NCBI GenBank assembly: GCA_947165155.1
Contig: CAMUZI010000004.1
Location: 6,799 to 70,798 of the forward strand
Direction: 5' to 3'
Length of the DNA: 64,000 nt
Source of the DNA: an uncultured Clostridia bacterium
GTDB lineage: Bacteria > Bacillota > Clostridia > Oscillospirales > Acutalibacteraceae
Part shown: in pieces, positions 1-10,634 of the stretch
Layout of the letters: the number at the start of each line of letters is the position of its first letter
Position numbering within the stretch: position 1 is the stretch's first letter
Position numbers and translations under genes: made by a program
The notes under the pieces: model-generated
What the model was told of the DNA's origin: nothing
The model's input: only the letters and a program-made list of their open reading frames with translations
Database searches by the model: none

Positions 1-223
1 GAAACACATTTTCAATTTTTAAGAAGTGGATATTTTAAATACGTAGACAATCAAGACGGTACACCGATTTTTAATTCTTCGGTTTCTCTAAGAAGTAGCA
101 TTTGAAATCTGTTTGTTGAGCATAAGACAAAAAATATTGAATTTATTATATTTTGATTCAATTTTATGTAAATAAATCGTTCGCAGATGTAAGTGTAATA
201 TTTGTGGAAATGATTTATGTTTG

Positions 224-937
224 GGCATTGTTAAAAGTAGATAGATGAAGTAAAATGCAAAATATGATGGAAGAGAAAAAATGCCCAAAATGTGGACGAA
301 AAGAAAAAGTGAAAAATGAATTTATGAGAGGAAAACAAAGGTACAAATGTAAAAATTGCAGATGTAACTATACTGGTGGATGGCGTGGCTACCCGGATTA
401 TGTCAAATTATAAAGCAATTAAGTATTACCTTGAAGGGAACGGTTTTAGAGGAGTAGAAAGGTTAATGCATATTAGTCACGTATCTGTTATTAATTGGGG
501 CAAGCAATTAGCTTCTAAAATTAAGAATATTCTTCGGGAAAAATAAGAAAGTAGATATTTTAAAACTTGACGAAATGTGCACAAACTTAAAAAAATATAG
601 ATTCGGACAGCAGTAAACAGAAAAACTAAAAACTTAGTTGGCTTCTTCGTGGGTGACAGCAGTTTTAAGAGCTTTGAAAGACTTTATGAAAATATTTCTC
701 ATATTGAGGCTAAATTTTATGCTACAGATAAATTTCCAGCATACGGTATTATCCTCCAAAACGAACATCTGATCGGCAAATCTCACACTCTTACCGTTGA
801 GTGTATGAACCGTCTTTTTCGTCATTATCTTGCTCGTTTTGCTCGCCAAACTTAATGCTGGTCTAAAGCGATTGATAATTCTGTCATCCTGTCTTTGTAT
901 CGTCAGTTTGTTACTTATATCCATTTTTGGCATTGCC
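224..937 (+). mobile_element. Decayed IS1-family insertion sequence, copy 1 (transposase frame broken)
   Basis: An InsA-like zinc-finger N-terminus starts at ATG 255 (KCPKCGRKEKVKN..GKQRYKCKNC) and stops after about 50 codons. The InsB-like part survives only as ORF 649..855 (FYATDKFPAY..GKSHTLTVECMNRLFRHYLARFARQT). GGCATTG-TAAAAG-type inverted ends lie at 224-237 and 924-937. Another degenerate fragment of the same N-terminal sequence lies at about 110-223. Confidence 0.75.
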
Positions 938-1260
938 ATGCTTGAAGAATTTGAAAAAAATTTTCTTGTGATCTGGTAGTTCTGTAAATGGCAAGTGGGT
1001 GTTGTTTTTCGATTAATTGTCAGGGATACTTTTTGTTTCATTGTAGACAATATATGTTGCATGGAATGTGCTGCCTGAAAGTTGCATCCGCATTTTTGTG
1101 TTTGTATCTTTATTTTGCAACGTTCAACTGAGGGATGGATATCAGTTTAAATTTATAAAGTATTTAAAAGTGATATTGATAAAAAAAAAATTAGCTTTAG
1201 AATGCATTTGTTGTTGTTTTGTGTAATTACAGAAATATCCAGGTAATTATGCCGTTGTGG

Positions 1261-1986
1261 CTATGTGATTTTTGATGAATTAAAAAAATCATTCACTCCA
1301 AAAAACATGCATAAAGCTAATTTTTTTTGGTAATTCTTATCATTTAATTTTTTTTCTTCATCAGCGTTTGATAAAAAACCACATTCGACCACAACAGAAG
1401 GAATTTTAGAATTTTTCAAAAGGAAAATTTCAGACTTTGATTCTTTTATTTCACGTTCGTTATTTTTCTGAATTTGATTGACAATATTTTCTCTTATTTT
1501 TAAAGCAAGATCGTCACTATTTGGATTATTGCTCGAGTAGAAAATTTGAGTTCCTGAGTATTTTTCATTAGGAAACTTATTCTGATGTATGCTAACAAAA
1601 ATGCTATCTGGGCCAGAGTGCTTATGTATTATTGAAAGACGATTTTTTAAATCAGATCTTTTTTTTTGTCGAAGTTTAATAGCATCTTCATCATATATAG
1701 CTTTATCTTTTTCCCGAGTCATAACAGTGTCGTATCCAAGGAAACGAAGGATATCTCTAAAGTTGAGTGCGATCTCTAAATTGATATTTTTTTCTACCGT
1801 TCCATTTTTACCAACGGCGCCTCCATCTTCACCTCCGTGTCCGGGGTCTATTATAACTAATGGATTCAAATTATCTCTATGTGCTTTAATTGAAAGAAAT
1901 GTAATAAGTGAAACAAAAAACAGAAATATACACAAAGAAATGCTAGTAAAAGCAATAGTTTTCCCTTTTGTAACAAATATTCTCAA
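1261..1986 (-). CDS. cwlD: N-acetylmuramoyl-L-alanine amidase, CwlD-like (germination-type Amidase_3)
   Basis: N-terminal TM helix followed by IIDPGHGGEDGGAVG, VSIHQN and ECGFLSN motifs typical of Amidase_3/CwlD. The start is placed at TTG 1986, preceded by GAGG and lying right after the stop of the upstream gene. The ORF-track start at 2088 would overlap that gene. Confidence 0.85.
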   Translation of the reverse strand: MRIFVTKGKTIAFTSISLCIFLFFVSLITFLSIKAHRDNLNPLVIIDPGHGGEDGGAVGKNGTVEKNINLEIALNFRDILRFLGYDTVMTREKDKAIYDEDAIKLRQKKRSDLKNRLSIIHKHSGPDSIFVSIHQNKFPNEKYSGTQIFYSSNNPNSDDLALKIRENIVNQIQKNNEREIKESKSEIFLLKNSKIPSVVVECGFLSNADEEKKLNDKNYQKKLALCMFFGVNDFFNSSKIT

Positions 1987-1993
1987 GATTACC

Positions 1994-2302
1994 TCATTTA
2001 TTTTTGATATTAAATATTTTAGAAAGATAACTTTTATGTTTACTTTCTGTTGTTTGGCAAAAATTAACCAATATGGTATCTTCGCCAACTACGCTGACAT
2101 CTTCCCACCTTATTATTATGTCGTCATATCTTCCGAGTAAACCGAATAATTTTAACTTTCCATAAATGATTATCGAAACGATTTTAGCATCGCAGAGATC
2201 AATTTCAACATCACCTACAAACCCTATTCTCATTCCGTTCTTTATATTTATAACTTCTTTTCGTCTCAAATCAGTAATACTACAAAACAAAAAACGCCTC
2301 AC
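1994..2302 (-). CDS. YlmC/YmxH-family (PRC-barrel) sporulation protein
   Basis: About 100 aa with ITDLRRKEVINIKNGMRIGFVGDVEIDL..IVSIIIYG, matching the YlmC/YmxH pattern recalled from Firmicutes. It lies directly upstream of cwlD. Confidence 0.7.
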   Translation of the reverse strand: MRRFLFCSITDLRRKEVINIKNGMRIGFVGDVEIDLCDAKIVSIIIYGKLKLFGLLGRYDDIIIRWEDVSVVGEDTILVNFCQTTESKHKSYLSKIFNIKNK

Positions 2303-2490
2303 AAATCAAATCTTAGCGTTTTTAATATTCCGATTTTTTGATTTCATTATTATTTATGCAACCAAAATAATATATATTCATGCCTCATAAAAAAGAAGTA
2401 TCCACTAATCTGATAGGTACTCAAACCAAACAACCCGACCGCGATCATAGCCAAGAAATGATCGGTATTTACTACATTGATTAATGTCTA

Positions 2491-2655
2491 CTACTGTATT
2501 GAAGACTCAAGATATTCATCGAGCTCTTCTTCTTCTTTTTTTCTTTTATTTTCAAAAAGTAAGATAAGAGAAATTGTAGCCGAAGCTATCAATAAGATTG
2601 CCGCCAATATCGACCACAATAGGCTCCTATTCTTTTTTTCATAAACATAAAACAT
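2491..2655 (-). CDS. Small single-pass membrane protein, unknown function
   Basis: ATG 2655 is preceded by GGAGG at 8 nt. The product has one hydrophobic helix (LLWSILAAILLIASATISLILLF) and an acidic tail. Confidence 0.4.
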   Translation of the reverse strand: MFYVYEKKNRSLLWSILAAILLIASATISLILLFENKRKKEEEELDEYLESSIQ

Positions 2656-2733
2656 ATTCAAAACCTCCAAAAATATAAAATACGCTTTCCATTGTACCAC
2701 ATTGTGTAATGCACATACACATATTCAATTTTA

Positions 2734-3000
2734 GGCATTGCTAAAAGTGCACAGAAGACAAATAGCCGCGGTATGAAAACAATAATAGGGAGTAAACAAT
2801 CATATTTAAACTTTTAGACCAGCAGTAAGTTTTGAGAGTAAAGCGTACAAGACAACGACGAAGAAGACAGTTCATATGTTTACCCTCCGTTTGAGGAGAA
2901 AGTAGGTGGTCAAATGATCGATCCTCTTTGGTTTTTATTTGCTGTATCCAAATTTGTTTACAATGAATGGAAACAATACAGAAATCGACACCCACAGAAC
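2734..3000 (-). mobile_element. IS1-family fragment (3-prime part of transposase plus terminal repeat)
   Basis: ORF 2741..2995 ends in ..LLRRCLVRFTLKTYCWSKSLNMIVYSLLLF, the same C-terminal InsB-like sequence as the other copies. The terminal GGCATTGCTAAAAG lies at 2734-2747. The 5-prime half of the element is absent. Confidence 0.7.
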
Positions 3001-3059
3001 AAGCGTGATCGTCGGAAAAAGAGATAAATTAACCTCACGACGAACTCGCGGACAAGTCG

Positions 3060-4473
3060 TACTTTTATTATATGAAATATATGATAGAAAATAAACTAAT
3101 TATAGAGTTAAGACACAACTTGCACCTCCTAGATTTGATATAGTACTTCCAAAAGCGTATGCGATCTTGCCACTGCTGTTGACCCTAAACCAATTCCAAT
3201 GTTCAGTTAGTGCAGTTCCGTTTCCACATTCTAGCATCACTTATCCCTGTATCGTATTCATAATAAGTGTCATGGGTACCCGTAATTATGAATTGAATTG
3301 TTTTACGGTATAAAGTGGAGCCATATATCCAAGAATCTAAATGTCTTTCAGAAGTCTTAGACAAGAAAGTCCGTTTATATAGTCTATTGAGTATACCGAA
3401 TTACTTGAACCAGTAGCATAAGAAGTGCGAATGGTTGGAATAGCATTTGTAACCGCATTTTGCGACATAACATTAGTTGTTGATGAGCCAGCGCTTTGTA
3501 CTATTGATGGTATTGTTGGCTTATTCGATAAATCACTGTACGAACCTGAAGTTGCTACAGTTGCTAAGCTAAAAGAAGAAACGAAATTACTATCATTTGT
3601 CAGATCGCTAGTTTTTGTAGGAATTGTAGGTTTATTCAATAAATCACTGTATGAACCTGAAGTTGCTACAGATGATAAGTTTGATAAATCAGCTTTGTTT
3701 GAAAAAACGGTTGTAACTGCATTCTTAGACATAACATCGGTTGTTGATGTACCAGTTTGATTGACAACTGTTGTTTTATTTGCCTCTTGTTCGATATTTG
3801 CAAACTTATTTTTATCCGAAGAAGTGTAATCTTCAGTTGATAGTCCCTTACAAGTAATCTTATCGACTTTATCACCTAATAGAGTATCTGTTTGAGTTTT
3901 GCTGTAGAAATTAGTCGATAAATCAGTGCTTGAAACGAAATCACTATCATTCGTTAAGTCACTCGTTTTACTTAGAATGTTTGGTAATCCTGATAAATCG
4001 CTGTATTGACCGTTTGTTGCAACTGTACTTAAATCATTTGTCATTTGTGTTTGCTTTTGAACTTAGCAAATTATCTGTTTAGGATTTATTGTAATAACTT
4101 TCAGATAAATCAGAATTTGAAACAAAGTTACTATCGTTTGCTAAATCGCTGGTTTTTGTGGGAATATTTGGCTTATTTGACAGATCAATATATGAACCAG
4201 AGTGCGCAACGGTTGATAAATCATTTAAATTTGCCTTTTGTGAAAGAATGGAAGAAACCGAATTTTGAGACATAACTTTGCTTGTACTTTGTCCGGTTTC
4301 TTGCACAATTTCTGGGATATTTAATTCACTTAGATATATTTACTTTGTTTTCAGCGTCAAGTATAAGTTCGACGTTATCGATCTTGACACCTTGAATTCC
4401 GGCTTTACCGTCAATAACTCCTGCAACGTTGCATCAATTACCTGTTCTTGGAATCTCGAGTTATACTTTGCCA
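3060..4473 (-). pseudogene. Phage tail-fibre-like protein, fragmented by stops and frameshifts
   Basis: ATG 4473 with GGAGG opens a frame that hits an in-frame TAA after 44 codons and shows further frame changes. ORFs 4079..4306 and 3337..4044 carry repeated VATSGSYSDL-NKPTIPTKTSDLTNDSNFVS units, KGLSTEDYTSSDKNKFANIEQEANK, and STTxVMSQNAVT. These are motifs I associate with phage tail fibres. Coding-looking remnants continue in other frames down to about 3060. Confidence 0.65.
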
Positions 4474-4757
4474 TTTTGCCTCCGAACTTGAAAGATGTTC
4501 TATAAATTGTTTTGCTTATTTGAGTTTTCTGCTTAATTCGGTTTTAATATGATCAATCTTAGGAGCAATTTGATGTTTAGCAATTTGAAAATTCGAAACA
4601 ACTTTGAGTTGATCTTTCATCTGTAGGGACTTCATCATAATCGAGAATACAATCGTCGAATTTACAATGAAAACAATTACCATCACACTTTTGTTTAGAC
4701 ATTGAACCCTCAAAAAACAACATCTACAAAGTTTTGTAGACATCAAGTAGAGTTAGA

Positions 4758-4864
4758 AATTAATTGAAATATGAACAAGTTTATGGTAACATCAGTACCA
4801 GCGTAGCCTGGAAGTACGGGTTCATTTCTCCAAATCTGACTGTCTGTCAGAGAAAGGAGGGATG
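4758..4864 (+). repeat. Copy A of a ~105-nt repeated promoter/leader module
   Basis: About 85 percent identical to 6132-6238. It contains TTGAAA (4764-4769), a 17-nt spacer, TAACAT with an upstream TG, a conserved leader (GGAAGTACGGGTTCATTTCTCCAAATCTGACTGTCTGTCAG), and AAGGAGGG just before a small hydrophobic ORF. Confidence 0.7.
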
Positions 4865-4935
4865 ATTATGAGCTTAAAGACTTTGATTAAAATATTGACT
4901 ATCATTTTGCTGATACTTCAAATTTTAAATCAATT

Positions 4936-4964
4936 AAAAAGCTACCGTGCTGAATTCACGGTAG
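4936..4964 (-). terminator. Rho-independent terminator downstream of the LRR gene
   Basis: Perfect 8-bp stem CTACCGTG / CACGGTAG (4942-4949 and 4957-4964). On the minus strand it is followed by CTTTTTAATTG. Confidence 0.55.
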
Positions 4965-5040
4965 TAATTAACATTTCAATATGATATTAATGAATCCGTC
5001 ACCAGATTACGCTATTATTCTACCACAAAAAGCTTAAATG

Positions 5041-6122
5041 TCAAGTCGAAATTGGTTGAATTTTGGAAGCATAACCCTTCCAAGCTTTCCTATATGCATC
5101 AACTGATTCTGCTGGAATGTAGATGACTAAATTTGAGGAAGTACCTAAAAAGACATCGTTACCCAAAGTAGGCGGTGCAGTAACTTGAATTGTCACACCT
5201 GTAAGACTAGTGCAACGATAAAAAGCTGCGTGTCCAATACTGGTAACGTTTTGTGGAATAGTTATGTTTGCAAGATTTGAATAACTATTGAGTGCATTCT
5301 GGCTAATAGATGTCACACCATTTGGAATCGTTATACTTTCAAGTGATCTACAATTGTAAATGCACATTGTCCAATATATGTGTTACACTACTTGGAATTG
5401 TTATATTTGTGAGGGCTTGACAACCATAAAAAGCATACATTAGGAATACTGGTTAAACCACTTGGTAAAGTAACGCTTGCAAGCAAGGTTCAATTTTCAA
5501 ATACGCGACTGCCCAGACTAGTACAACATTGTGGGATTATTACATTTGTAAGTGCGTTGCAGGAATTAAAAGCAGGGCCACCAATTTCTGTTATATTATT
5601 TGGGATTGTCATGTTTATTAAGGAAGTACAACCATTAAAAGTATAATTCAAAATACTGGTTAAATTGCTTGGTAGAGTAACGCTTGCAAGTGAGGTGCAA
5701 TTTTCAAATACACAATCTCCCAGATTAGTACAACTTTCTGGAATTATTATGCTTGTAAGTGAACTGCAAGAATTAAATGCGCTCCTGCCAATGCCAGTTA
5801 TACCGTTTTGAATTGTTATATTTGTTAAGGCATTACAATTATAAAAACACACCCAACCTATATATCTTACACTGCTGGGGATTACTACATTTGTAAGAGA
5901 AGTACAATCTTGAAAAGCAGCACTATCAATCTGGGTAACACTATCAGAAATAATCACATTTGAAAGATTACTACAATTAAAGAAAGCGTAACTACCTATA
6001 ATAGTTACACCATACGGAATGTTTATACTTGTAATACTTTTATCAAGAATTGAAGATAAAGTTATTTCATCTGTTAGAGTTTTGTTTTGCATAATTACTT
6101 GTGACATATGTGGCAAACTCAT
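5041..6122 (-). pseudogene. BspA-type leucine-rich-repeat surface protein, frame broken between 5367 and 5490
   Basis: ORFs 5490..6122 and 5041..5367 both consist of about 23-aa repeats (xxCxSLTSITIPxSVTxIGxxAFxxC). The 120 nt between them still reads as the same repeat in other frames. Confidence 0.7.
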
Positions 6123-6131
6123 TAAATTATA

Positions 6132-6238
6132 AATTTATTGAAATATGATCAATTTTATGGCATTATAATTCATGGCGTAACTTGGGAGTACGGGTTTATT
6201 TCTCCAAATCTGACTGTTTGTTAGAGGAAGGATGGGTG
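6132..6238 (+). repeat. Copy B of the ~105-nt repeated promoter/leader module
   Basis: Aligns with 4758-4864. It has TTGAAA at 6138-6143, a 17-nt spacer, CATTAT/TATAAT, the same leader core, and GAGGAAGG before ATG 6232. Confidence 0.7.
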
Positions 6239-6615
6239 AAAATGTTTGGGATAATCTTATAATTTTTTTAATTGTTATTTATTGCTTTCCAAATTATCTT
6301 CTTGATTTTGAAGAACAAACAAGCAAAAAAACAAACTACCGTACCACCAGTATAGTTACATCCGCAATGTTTATACTCGTATCTTTGCTTCCCTTAGTAA
6401 AATCTACTCTTTGTTTTTTCTGTCTGTCCAAATTTTGGACACTTCATTTTCTGTATCTTCTCTCTATCATTCGTATCCTATTTTTGCAATGTCAGGTAAG
6501 TTCACGTACCCATTTCGTGAGTGTGTTTTTTCGATAAACATTTGTATTTTTTTAGTAGTAGTTATATAATAAGCATGGTCAAGTTATGAATTGACTTTTG
6601 AGGAGGAGTAAAAAT

Positions 6616-8034
6616 ATGAACAGTAAAAGGATGTTATCAATTGCCTTATCTTCGTTGATGTCGTTAAATTCATTTGCGGGTGCTGTTCCAAGAGTTAAAA
6701 ATGTCAAAGAGATGGAGAATTTAAAAGGCAAAAATCTTACCGTTAATCCAAGATTGAGTGCTAAGAGGAGATCGGTGGCCAAAAGAGGGCTGGCAACCAA
6801 AATAAATCCAAGATCGAATGATAAAAGAAAATTATTGGCTAAAGGAGGATTGGCAATCAAGATGGATCCAAAGAGGAGGATTCTTGGATTAAAATCTGCA
6901 AATTTGGTTAGGAATTTTAGAAATGTGAAAAGAAAACCTGCAATTGCTAATGCAGCTTCTGTTGGTGGAAGGCGTGTCCCAAATTGGACGTTTTATGGCA
7001 CTGCTGGAACGCTCGGAACTGGAGTTACGATTGGTAGTGGAATCGTAATTGGGAAAAAGTTGCACGGGAGTTCCAAAAAGACGGGTCAACTTCTAGAGAA
7101 TGTAGAAGAAATTTCATATGCATCTACTGATGTAAGTAGCGTGGGCTCAGAAAATTCGTCTAGCTCTGATATAAAAATGGTTCAATATGGCAATCAAGTT
7201 CCAGAAAATGAGGTAAAATCTTCACTTGATTCTATGGATGTTGAAAACGCTAATGAAGAAAATAATGAATTCCCAGGAAATGTGTCTAACTTTAGCATGT
7301 CGACGGCCCAAGAAATGTATCAGGCGCCAAAGGGAGAAAATTTGCACGTATTTAATGGACCAAATGTCGAAGAAAATGTGTACCAGCAAGTCGAAGGGGA
7401 AGTTCCATACGTCAATGAGCAGCATGAAGTTACGGCTGTGAAGAAATTGGAAGGTGAAGAAGCAGAAAAAGAAAAAACGAAACTCCTAAAAAGCATAGAA
7501 GATAACGTCAGCTTAGCTTTTTACGAATACAAAAACAGCAAAGGAACCAAATGGTTTCCAATTCTTGAGCAAAAAATAGGCAAAGATAAGTATTCGTGTG
7601 GTGCTTTGGTATGTTTTATAAAAAGTAATTTCAATGGGGAACCAGAATGGGAAGATCTCCCAGTACTTTTTGATGTTAGTGGTAAGGAACATGGCAAAAT
7701 GGAAATTTATTTTCAAAAAATTAAGAGTAGTTTCTGTGAAAGTTTTGGATGTGAAGCTGTGTTGTTCGATGATTTTGAGCACCCGGACTTTGAAAAATGC
7801 AAAACGAAGCTGACAAAAGGTGATATTGGTATATTCCAAGGTGCTGTAGAATATAAGCTTAATAAACTTTTTGAGGAGCATGGATTGGAATACAGTGATG
7901 ACGTATTGTATAAGCGGTTGAAGAAGTTCGGCCTTGGAATTGCTACTAAGTATTTTGTACAGATGGGGATTTTGTGGCGTGATTCGCGTGTTCCGCTTTT
8001 CTATGACCCGTGGAGTTGTAATTACCAAAAATAA
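6616..8034 (+). CDS. Secreted or membrane-anchored protein of unknown function with a basic repeat region
   Basis: ATG 6616 follows GAGGAGGAG. It has a signal-peptide-like N-terminus (MNSKRMLSIALSSLMSLNSFAGA) and three 20-aa K/R-rich repeats encoded by 60-bp tandem units from 6745. A Gly-rich hydrophobic segment (WTFYGTAGTLGTGVTIGSGIVIG) follows, then an acidic linker and a C-terminal domain of about 190 aa. I recognise no family. Confidence 0.75.
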   Translation: MNSKRMLSIALSSLMSLNSFAGAVPRVKNVKEMENLKGKNLTVNPRLSAKRRSVAKRGLATKINPRSNDKRKLLAKGGLAIKMDPKRRILGLKSANLVRNFRNVKRKPAIANAASVGGRRVPNWTFYGTAGTLGTGVTIGSGIVIGKKLHGSSKKTGQLLENVEEISYASTDVSSVGSENSSSSDIKMVQYGNQVPENEVKSSLDSMDVENANEENNEFPGNVSNFSMSTAQEMYQAPKGENLHVFNGPNVEENVYQQVEGEVPYVNEQHEVTAVKKLEGEEAEKEKTKLLKSIEDNVSLAFYEYKNSKGTKWFPILEQKIGKDKYSCGALVCFIKSNFNGEPEWEDLPVLFDVSGKEHGKMEIYFQKIKSSFCESFGCEAVLFDDFEHPDFEKCKTKLTKGDIGIFQGAVEYKLNKLFEEHGLEYSDDVLYKRLKKFGLGIATKYFVQMGILWRDSRVPLFYDPWSCNYQK

Positions 8035-8055
8035 AATGAATTTGATTTTATTTTG

Positions 8056-8085
8056 AAAGTGTTCTATAATTAGAACACTTTTTTA
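8056..8085 (+). terminator. Rho-independent terminator
   Basis: AAAGTGTTCTA-TAAT-TAGAACACTTT stem-loop followed by a T-run. Confidence 0.75.
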
Positions 8086-8088
8086 AGT

Positions 8089-8382
8089 GTGGGGGTTAGT
8101 GTGAAAAAAGACTCTCAGTTCACCTATAAAGGAATTCCTCTCGCGCGGTGTGGAAATTCCATATTCTATGGAGATTCCTCAAAGGATCGGGTTGTGCGGA
8201 TTGATGTTATCTCCAGAAAAAAAGTGAAGGATATTGAAATTCCAGATAAGCTTGAGGTAAAATTGGTAAATACGGTATTGGCTTCCAAGGGGAATGTTAA
8301 AAGTTCGGTCAAGTCTAGCGAGAAAAATAGTTTGTATTCGTGCCTGGATTTAGCATTTGCTTGGCTCGAAAGGTTAGCTTAG
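8089..8382 (+). CDS. Hypothetical protein
   Basis: 97-codon ORF immediately upstream of secG on the same strand. No motif recognised, and the start is uncertain (GTG 8089 or GTG 8101). Confidence 0.4.
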   Translation: MGVSVKKDSQFTYKGIPLARCGNSIFYGDSSKDRVVRIDVISRKKVKDIEIPDKLEVKLVNTVLASKGNVKSSVKSSEKNSLYSCLDLAFAWLERLA

Positions 8383-8399
8383 TTGAGGTGGTGGTTGTA

Positions 8400-10596
<2,197 letters not shown>

Positions 10597-10634
10597 TTTT
10601 TTTATTATGTTTTAATTAGTTAGGAGAAAAAATT

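Noticed and set aside
634-1062. 142-aa minus-strand ORF, plus 88..288, 62025..62459 and 60324..60557, overlapping IS relics
   Set aside because: They run antisense to recognisable IS1-type coding remnants. They have odd composition, no RBS and no motifs, so they are most likely chance ORFs in AT-rich decayed DNA.
1589-2140. 183-aa plus-strand ORF opposite cwlD, and similar long antisense ORFs inside gyrB, rnj, prkC, groEL (41385-42464), dnaK, valS, ptsI and ecfA
   Set aside because: Each lies entirely within a strongly motif-supported gene on the other strand and shows low-complexity, S/L/F-rich translation typical of antisense frames.
6232-6537. 101-aa ORF after repeat copy B
   Set aside because: Only the first ~30 codons resemble the small hydrophobic ORF of copy A. 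The remainder is low-complexity read-through, so it is not reported as a full-length CDS.
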